Shown here: positions 1-6,885 of the stretch, piece by piece | Position numbering within the stretch: position 1 is the first letter of the stretch | Layout of the letters: each line of letters begins with the position of its first letter | NCBI RefSeq assembly: GCF_021378375.1 | Contig: NZ_CP076228.1 | Coordinates: 660,001-692,000 of the forward strand | DNA length: 32,000 bases | DNA from: Wolbachia endosymbiont of Drosophila innubila | GTDB lineage: Bacteria; Pseudomonadota; Alphaproteobacteria; Rickettsiales; Anaplasmataceae | Direction of reading: 5' to 3' | Notes under the pieces: model-generated | Databases searched by the model: none | What the model was told of the DNA's origin: nothing | Seen by the model: the letters and a program-made list of their open reading frames with translations, nothing else | Made by a program: the position numbers and the translations under genes

Positions 1-216
1 TCCACGTTTTCCCACTGTTGCTGGTGCTCCGGGAACTTGCGTTGGTAATAGGCTCAAAACACCGTTTTGCTCTTCTATCGTAATATGTCGGAATCTTACC
101 GATCTACTTGGAAATAAATTTAAGCTTTCTGTTCGACCATAATTTATCGGCAATATGTTTATTGCTTTAGTTAATTCCGTCATACTAAATGCTGAATTTG
201 TAAATGGATTTTGCAT
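1..216 (-). CDS. Phage major capsid protein E (lambda gpE-like), N-terminal part; continues beyond window start
   Basis: Manual minus-strand translation from the ATG at 216-214 gives MQNPFTNSAFSMTELTKAINILPINYGRTESLNLFPSRSVRFRHITIEEQNGVLSLLPTQVPGAPATVGKRG and stays open to position 1. It lies directly downstream of a gpD-like gene, as in lambda/WO head modules. It is absent from the ORF track because the window edge truncates it. Confidence 0.75.
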   Translation of the reverse strand, partial: MQNPFTNSAFSMTELTKAINILPINYGRTESLNLFPSRSVRFRHITIEEQNGVLSLLPTQVPGAPATVGKRG

Positions 217-292
217 GTTTTTCCCCTTTAATGCTGTAGATGTTTGTTGGCTTTTAAGCCCTTTGCGAATGATTAAGATGTTTGCTGGGCTT

Positions 293-664
293 CTAAACCC
301 CTTTGCGGATAATGATGCCTCGTGCTTCAAGTTGCTTTATTGCTGCAGCTTTCTGCTCTTCTGTTATATTTGCTGGCCACACAACTGCATGATCTGCTAG
401 CATTGCTATACGTGTAATGATTACTGCTTTGGTATTTTCTTTCACGTTTACATCACTTGCTATCACTCCTATAGCTGTTTGCGTACCATCTGTTGCAGTT
501 GGATTGATAATCTTAATTACATTATCTTCAATATTACAGCCAACTACAGTACCCAAGCTTAGGTTTTGCCCCTTTGCTACTGTTATTTGGTCTCTTGAGT
601 ATAGATTTGATGCCTCATACTTTAATAGGTCACCAAGGTTATTTTGTTCGGTTATACAACTCAT
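293..664 (-). CDS. Phage head decoration protein D (lambda gpD-like)
   Basis: ORF 293..691 begins at a TTG. The likely true start is the ATG at 664 (MSCITEQNNLGDLLKYEASNLYSRDQITV...), preceded by GGAG about 9 nt upstream (revcomp of 674-677). Its size, the LGDLLK...SR motif and its position between capsid C and capsid E fit the gpD family. Confidence 0.8.
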   Translation of the reverse strand: MSCITEQNNLGDLLKYEASNLYSRDQITVAKGQNLSLGTVVGCNIEDNVIKIINPTATDGTQTAIGVIASDVNVKENTKAVIITRIAMLADHAVVWPANITEEQKAAAIKQLEARGIIIRKGV

Positions 665-687
665 AAATGTTTCTCCTATGATTGTTG

Positions 688-1700
688 TCAATAAGAAATT
701 TCATATTTTGTAAAATCTTTGAAAATCCAGTTGTTTTTAAGAGTATAGAAAATAGTTGTGAGAAACTTCCTAGCAGTAGCAATAATAGCCTTAGCAGAAC
801 CACGCTTTTTTTCACACGCTCGTAAAAACTTTTCAGATAAGGACTATAACGTATAGCAATCCAAGTACACTGTACTAAAGAAGTACGCCCAATTTTTGAT
901 CCACGTTTAGTAATTCTTCCAATTGTGCATTGTTGATTGGATTGAGAAACTCGCGGTACAACTCCAAAATAAGCTGTAAGTTTTTCAGGATTACTAAAAT
1001 CATTAATATCACCAATTGTTGCAACAAAAACTGCTGCAGAAATCGCACCAATACCTTTAATGCTGATGAGATTATTAAATCCAGGAAGCTGCTGAGCAAA
1101 AGCTATAATTTCCTTTTCAAGTTTTTTGAGACTTTCTCGAATGACTTCCAGATTACTGCTAATCACTTCAATCTCAACCTTTTCCAAGTGACTCCAATCA
1201 TGTTTACCAAGAGAGCATTCAAATCCCGCTTTGATTGTCAGTACTTCCTTTTTAATCTTTATTCCGTGGTAATTGAAAAGTCCATGTATTTTATTGATTA
1301 AAGATACCCGTGATTTTACTAACTGATCTCTTGTTTTAAGAAGAGAAGCTAACTGTTGGCATTGTTTGCTCTTGCATTTTGCTTCAGGCAACATATCTTT
1401 GCTGAGAAAAAAAGCAATAGCTCTTGCATCATGTTTATCTGTTTTGTTCACAGAACGACGAATAACTTCAAATTGCAAGGGAGCAACCACAACAACGCGC
1501 TTAACGTAAGGTGACACTTCATCATAAAAGAAACAGCTATTTCCCGTTGCCTCTAAGGCTACTTCATCTGTTTCTTGAAGATTTTTGATAAAATTACCTA
1601 AATCCTGTAAGCGAAACGTTTTAATATACTCTGGTTTTTCCTGTTCTAAGTAGCAAGCAGTGAAACTATTAGTATGTAAATCAACACCTATGTAACGCAT
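688..1700 (-). pseudogene. IS110-family transposase, frameshifted in a T7/A7 homopolymer
   Basis: ORF 639..1700 starts MRYIGVDLHTNSF and carries the ...GIGAISAAVFVATIGDINDF... Transposase_20-like region. After ...YERVKK the frame degenerates into LLRLLLLLL. Shifting one base at the T-run 806-812 restores KKRGSAKAIIATARKFLTTIFYTLKNNWIF...*, with the stop at 690-688. Confidence 0.8.
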
Positions 1701-1744
1701 AAATCTTCTCCCTTATTGAATACTCCAACATATCAGAGTAGAAT

Positions 1745-1975
1745 ATTACCGGTTGGTCCATTCTCCTATACGCGGTCACTAAATTTTATAGGCCGCACGA
1801 TGGTTTTCGGTGGCAGGGGCGATTAATCTCCTTCACGAGGTCTTTTTCCTATACTGCAAAAAGCAGAAAGGGCCTCACAAACATTTTCAATCTGCCACCT
1901 ATCCACTCTGAGAAGGTATTATCTTCTCATGCTTCCAACCAAGCAATAACTATTCATACCATCTCCTTAATTGTT
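1745..1975 (-). ncRNA. Candidate IS110 bridge-RNA-like structured non-coding region upstream of the transposase
   Basis: This GC-richer, ORF-free 5' region holds nested complementary segments: ggtggcag 1809-1816 with ctgccacc 1892-1899, ctgc/gcag 1854-1866 and gagaag/cttctc 1910-1928. IS110-group elements are known to encode their guide RNA in this position. No covariance model could be run. Confidence 0.3.
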
Positions 1976-2129
1976 TTACCGCCGCTTTTGTTAGTGTTAT
2001 ATACGGCGGTTACAAGATTTGTTTACCGCGGTGTTTAAAGTTGCTATACGTCGCGGTGAAAACTTTATAATTGGCTATTCTGGCGGACTTGTTTACCGCG
2101 GCATTTGTAATTGCTGGTACCTAAATTTC

Positions 2130-2672
2130 TCAAATGCCAGATTGCGCTCGAGTTCTTGCTACCTGCATCATTAAATCTTCTGATGAACTTTGTGGTATTG
2201 TGCTCAGTATCTCTGTCTTCTTCGTTCTCTCCGCCAGTATCGACATTAATATCTCTTGGGCTTGTTTTGCGTTTACATCCTGCTCAATAAATTCTCCTAT
2301 CTTCTCTGGCATCTTTGACAAATTACACAATCTTATTACCTCTAATACTTCCTTGCGGCACCTCTCATAACCTATTCGTTTTGATTCTTCCATTAACTCA
2401 TCAGCATCGATGGTGTGGCCCTTATAGTTAAATTCAGCTTTACTCATATTGTTTCTCCTATCTATAAATTCAGAATATGTTATCACTTCATCAGCAAGTC
2501 CAATCTCTATTGCTTTCTCACCAAAATATAGCCCTGCTTCCGTTGATTTGATTTTTTCCGTGGAAAGATTCCTATTTCTTGCTACAAGCTCGACAAACAT
2601 CTCATATAGGCGGTCTACTTCATCTTGTAAGCTTTCCACACTTTCTGATGTTATCGGCTCATGCGGATTTAA
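2130..2672 (-). pseudogene. Phage minor capsid protein C (S49/ClpP-like head protease), C-terminal fragment
   Basis: The frame reads ...LNPHEPITSESVESLQDEVDRLYEMFVELVARNRNLSTEKIKSTEAGLYFGEKAIEIGLADEV..., an SppA/S49-type C-terminal half. It stays open up to the IS5 insertion at 2673, and the N-terminal half is absent. Confidence 0.7.
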
Positions 2673-3586
2673 GAGGTTGTTCGGAAACTAGTAAATTCAA
2701 GCATATTCCCTCTTTAACATAACCCTACTCATAGCTAGGTATATGAAATTCTCAGTGGATGTTGTGAGTAAATCATACTCCTTCGATAGCCTTCTATTCC
2801 TATTAACCCAAGCAAAAGTCCTTTCTACAACCCATCTTCTTGGCTGTACTTTAAACCCTTGTTCTCTTGTTGGTAGTAGCTCAGGTGGCGTATCTTTGTG
2901 CACCCAAAATCTACATGGAGGCCTTTAACAATTTCAATATCTATGTCATATTCTTCCTTTATGTGATTCTTTAAATTTCTTCCTTGGTATCCCATGTCAG
3001 CCCACATTTTTTAACTTTAGTATATTTTGTTCTCATATTGTTTAATGCTATTTTAATACCATCTCTATCATTTTCGTTAGCAGCGCCTACGTAACAACCT
3101 AGTATAAAACCCTGAGTGTCTGTAATTATATGCCTTTTTCTACCCTTTTTACTTTTTACTTCCATCATAGCCTTTGATCCCCCTTTTCTGTAGTCTTTAC
3201 AGATTGACTATCTACTATACAGGCACTCGGCTGCTCATTCTTTCCTATTTTTCTTCTACTATATTTTGTAATTTCATAATTCATTTTCTCAAAAATTCCC
3301 TGCTTCTTCCATTGCCTGAACTGCTCATACACAGTCTTCCATAGCGGAAAATCATTTGGTAAATACCGCCATTGACACCCTGTACGCAATACATAGAAAA
3401 TTGCTTCTAATATTTCTTTTTTGCTATACTTTGGCAGCCTTCCTCCTTTCTTGTATGATACTCTGAAGTGTTTTTCTATTCTTGCCCATTCCCTTTCGCT
3501 TAGATCTGTTGGATACTTTTTTCTCATCTTTACCCCGTACTAAAATTTCAGATATTATAGCCTTTTACTTGTTTCCGGACAACCTC
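2673..3586 (-). mobile_element. IS5-family insertion sequence (ISWpi1-like), copy 1, 914 bp
   Basis: Terminal inverted repeats are GAGGTTGTTCGGAAAC (2673-) and GTTTCCGGACAACCTC (-3586). It is flanked by TAA at 2670-2672 and 3587-3589. It matches the copy at 25285-26199 except for four homopolymer length differences. Confidence 0.9.
2697..3527 (-). pseudogene. IS5-family transposase (orfA intact; orfB broken by two extra frameshifts)
   Basis: orfA is 3165..3527 (MRKKYPTDLSEREWARIEKHF...). The orfB pieces are 2971..3168, 2825..3007 and 2697..2903. The breaks fall at T-runs that are one base shorter than in copy 2 (ggcctttaac, and cacattttttaac with T6). Confidence 0.85.
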
Positions 3587-3587
3587 T

Positions 3588-4480
3588 AAAGGGTGTTTTG
3601 ATAACATTAACCATGAATGGCTCATGAAGCATATTCCTATGGAGAAGAAAATTCTTCATAGCTGGTTAAAAGCTGGCTTCCTAGAATCAAAAACTCTGTA
3701 TTCCACAACTGCAGGTACCCCACAAGGTAGTATCATCTCTCCAATACTAGCAAATCTAGCCCTAAATGGACTTGAAAAATCATTGGAAAGTCAATTTGGT
3801 AAACTTGGCAGTAAAAGAAGAAGCAAAATCAGAAGTGGAGTAAATGTAATCAGGTACGCAGATGACTTTATCATTTCAGGAATCACACGTGAAGTACTGG
3901 AAAATGAAGTAAAACCTCTAGTATCGTCCTTTCTTCAGGAGAGAGGTCTTATCCTTTCCGAAGAGAAAACAAAAATTACATCTATTACAACAGGGTTTGA
4001 CTTTCTTGGTTGTAATGTACGCAGGTATAATAAGAAGTTAATTATAAAACCTTCAAAAGAAAGTATTAAGAAACTTCTTAATAAAGCACGTACATTGATA
4101 AAGGCAAACATAGCGAACACTCAGGCCGTACTAATCAAGTTGCTCAATTCCCCTATTAAGGGGATGGGAAAATTACTACAGCCATGTGTGTGCGAAAAGA
4201 GCTTTTAACAAAATAGACCATGAAATTATGTGTGCTCTATGGAAATGGGCAAAGAAAAGACATCCTCGTAAAGGATTACGTTGGATAAAGAATCGTTACT
4301 TCAAGGTAATGAAACAACGCCAATGGGTCTTTGCTGCACCCATATGCAAGAACAAACCGAAAGATAAGGTATTTAAGACTGCTTAGGTTGATTGATATAC
4401 CTATCAGACGACATGTTAAAATCAGGGCGGATGCAAATCCACTTGACTTAAAATGGAAAAGTATTTTGATGAAAGAGTGA
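3588..4480 (+). pseudogene. Group II intron reverse transcriptase/maturase, N-terminally truncated with 2 frameshifts
   Basis: The RT motif is YADDFIISG. The maturase-like segments are LRGWENYYSHVCAKRAFNKIDHE (frame change near 4150-4165), then ...LLRLIDIPIRRHVKIRADANPLDLKW (frame change near 4385). The stop is at 4478-4480. Confidence 0.8.
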
Positions 4481-4686
4481 AACAAACAAAAATGTTAGCA
4501 AGCTCTTTCTCAAGAGAAGGTTCTCTGCTGTTGGTGTCACCATTAAGAATGATGTTTTCTGAGGAATCATGAAGGACAAGCCGGTTCGAGAAAAGAAGGA
4601 CTTAGATAAGGGGCTCAAGCGTAGTGTGGAGAAACCTGCATGCTGCGTTTCTAAGGGAGGGAGTAGTAGCATACTACTTCCTTACC
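3588..4686 (+). mobile_element. Group II intron remnant (5' truncated): RT/maturase ORF plus putative domains V-VI
   Basis: The RT reading frame opens right after the IS5 element at ...KGCFDNINHEWLMKHIP.... Downstream, 4618-4649 (AGCGUAGUGUGGAGAAACCUGCAUGCUGCGUU) folds as a domain V-like hairpin with a 5' AGC triad and a 2-nt 3' bulge. A second hairpin follows at 4657-4683. The proposed 3' end at about 4686 is where an Rpn-family frame begins. Confidence 0.65.
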
Positions 4687-5296
4687 TAACCAGGTCGCTA
4701 AAACTAAGGGCTTTGAAAAACGCGCACAACTTTATGCTGCTAAGGCTTACTCAAGACAAGCTGATAAAGGTGATCAATATCAGGGTCTTAAAGAAATCAT
4801 TTTTATAGCTATTGCTGATTGTATTCTCTTTCCTAATAAATCTGAGTATAAGTCAGATCATGTAATGTTAGACAAAGATAGCTATGAACATGATTTAAAA
4901 GATTTTTATTTTACATTTATTGAGTTACCAAAATTTCCTAAAACTAAAGAAGACCAATTGGAGAGTATAGTTGAAAAATGGATCTATTATTTTAAATATG
5001 CAGATGAAACTAGCGAAGAAGAATTGGAAAAGATAATAGGTAGTGATGTAATAATTAAAAAGGCATATGAAGAACTAAATAGATTCAACTGGTCAGAGAA
5101 AGAATTTATTGCCTACGAACAGGAAATAAAACGTATTCGTGATGAACGGGCTGTTCTTTAACAAAAACTTGATGATGCTAAAAAGGAAGGAAAAATTGAA
5201 GTTGCAAAAACAATGCTAGCTAATAATGTTGATGTCACCACTATTGTTAAGTTTACTGGCCTCTCCATGAGTGAGATCAAAGAATTGCAGAATTAA
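4682..5296 (+). pseudogene. Rpn-family recombination-promoting nuclease / PD-(D/E)XK putative transposase, N-terminally truncated with in-frame stop
   Basis: The frame reads LPNQVAKTKGFEKRAQLYAAKAYSRQADKGDQYQGLKEIIFIAIADCILFPNKSEYKSDHVMLDKDSYEHDL...ERAVL*QKLDDAKKEGKIEVAKTMLANNVDVTTIVKFTGLSMSEIKELQN*. A TAA at 5159-5161 interrupts an otherwise continuous frame. Confidence 0.7.
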
Positions 5297-5402
5297 GTGG
5301 ACCCGCAAACGGTTACACGAAATAATGCTGCAGCCTGACCAGGTGATAAGTACATTTAGCCTATTTATCTTTATACTTTCATGTCAATTTTATAAATCAA
5401 AT

Positions 5403-6758
5403 TTATTTCTGTGAGTAGCTACAATTTAAAGACCTTGCTTCATCAATGTAATGGAACAAAACCTTTTTAGTAAGTTCAAAACCCTCTAAAGTCTCTCCTT
5501 CGCATCTTGCTGTAATGCAGTTTTGCGTATTTGATACCCTAAGAAGCCACCAACCTTTATTATCGGTTACCTTAACACCATCAAGATCTGAAAATACAAT
5601 ATTTTGCTGCTCCAGTGTTTTCTTTATTGACTCAATTATTTGAAACTTTTTCTTATCTTTCACTACAATCTTCACTTCATGAGTGATATATAACTTCGGT
5701 AAATCCTCAATCACCTGAGATAGGCTTTGGTTTTTCTTAAGCAAAATGTCAACTGCTTTAACAGCAGAATATAGCCCATCATCAAAACTTAGCTCAGAAA
5801 AGAAGAAGTGCCCGCTTAATTCACCAGCAAACTTTGCCTCTTCCTCTACCATCTTCTTCTTAACTAGTGAATGTCCAGTAGCACAGGTGATAACTTGCCC
5901 TCCTAACTTGCTAACAAAATCATGCACTTTCATACTCATTTTTACGTTAGCAATAACTTTGCTTTCTGGATATTCCTCCAACACTTCACGTGCAAAAATT
6001 ATAAATAAATGGTCATTGGAAACAACGTTGCCTTTATTATCAATTAAGCGCACCCTATCGCTATCGCCATCTAGCGCAATGCCAAGATCACATCCATATT
6101 CCTTCACAATGTCAATTAATTGAGCAAGATTTTTTTCCTCTATGGGATCTGGATCATGCAGTGGAAATGCCCCATCTATAGAGTTATTGGTTACGATGTG
6201 CGTATGACCAGGCAAGATCTTTTCAATATACCTTATAATTCCACTTGCTGGACTATTTCCACAATCCCAGGCTATTTTTAATTTCTGTGTAGTATCGTTC
6301 TTCACTGCACTTTTCAATATGCTAATGTACTCACTATATATATTTATGTTAATTAAGCTTCCAATTCTTGTGCTGTTTTTAATTGGACTGCTTATAATTT
6401 CCTTCATTTCTTGATCTGAGAAGACTTTTTTATTACTAAAAAATTTAAAGCCATTATATTCGCTGGGGTTATGAGAGGCAGTTATTATGATACCAAGATC
6501 CGCCTGTGTGATTTGTGTTGCAGCGTAAAGCATAGGTGAAGAGCATAGCCCAACGCGTATAACATTTGCACCGGATAAAGTTAAGCCCCTAATTAATTCT
6601 CTTTCTATACCTGGTGAATCTATTCTGCTGTCGTAGCCGACACAAACACTAGCTACGGTTTGGCCAAACTTTCTACCTATCTCGTACCCATCATTAATCT
6701 GCAAATCTTTGCCTACTATACCTCTAATATCGTATTTTCTTATAATGGTATTGTCCAT
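5403..6758 (-). CDS. Phosphomannomutase/phosphoglucomutase-family sugar-phosphate mutase
   Basis: It has the TASHNPSEYNGFKF active-site loop and an N-terminal IRKYDIRGIVG motif. The start is taken at MDNTIIRKYDIRG (6758) rather than the upstream ATG at 6800. Confidence 0.85.
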   Translation of the reverse strand: MDNTIIRKYDIRGIVGKDLQINDGYEIGRKFGQTVASVCVGYDSRIDSPGIERELIRGLTLSGANVIRVGLCSSPMLYAATQITQADLGIIITASHNPSEYNGFKFFSNKKVFSDQEMKEIISSPIKNSTRIGSLININIYSEYISILKSAVKNDTTQKLKIAWDCGNSPASGIIRYIEKILPGHTHIVTNNSIDGAFPLHDPDPIEEKNLAQLIDIVKEYGCDLGIALDGDSDRVRLIDNKGNVVSNDHLFIIFAREVLEEYPESKVIANVKMSMKVHDFVSKLGGQVITCATGHSLVKKKMVEEEAKFAGELSGHFFFSELSFDDGLYSAVKAVDILLKKNQSLSQVIEDLPKLYITHEVKIVVKDKKKFQIIESIKKTLEQQNIVFSDLDGVKVTDNKGWWLLRVSNTQNCITARCEGETLEGFELTKKVLFHYIDEARSLNCSYSQK

Positions 6759-6885
6759 ACTGTACTTCTTGAAGTGACTACTATATAACATTTTGGCCAA
6801 ATGCTCAAGTTTATTTATTCAACAATTAGTTGATTTTTTAAAGAAATCTGTTAGTATTATAGTATATTTTTTAAAATGTAAAATT

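Larger units (their letters stand above)
680..2125 (-). mobile_element. IS110-family insertion sequence (copy 1) inserted between phage capsid C and decoration protein D genes; ends approximate
   Basis: It contains an IS110-type DEDD transposase gene plus about 425 nt of 5' non-coding DNA. The extent is bounded by the gpD RBS/start (664-678) and the capsid C stop (2130). No terminal inverted repeats are seen, as is usual for the IS110 group. Confidence 0.7.

Noticed and set aside
417-713. 98-aa plus-strand ORF overlapping the decoration protein gene
   Set aside because: It is antisense to the gpD-like CDS, which has clear family features and an RBS.
4575-4600. tRNA-like T-loop motif (ggttcgag)
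   Set aside because: No acceptor, anticodon or D-arm pairing could be built around it, and it lies within the group II intron 3' region. No other tRNA- or rRNA-like segment was found in the window.
5746-6123. 125-aa plus-strand ORF within the mutase gene (similar cases: 15610..15891, 16003..16260, 18195..18548, 28141..28476)
   Set aside because: These are antisense or overlapping ORFs inside confidently identified genes, with no motifs of their own.
6793-6885. Upstream extension of the coiled-coil ORF (MAKCSSLFIQQLVDF...)
   Set aside because: It would overlap the divergent mutase gene's 5' end and looks like non-coding AT-rich sequence. The ATG at 6886 is the more plausible start.
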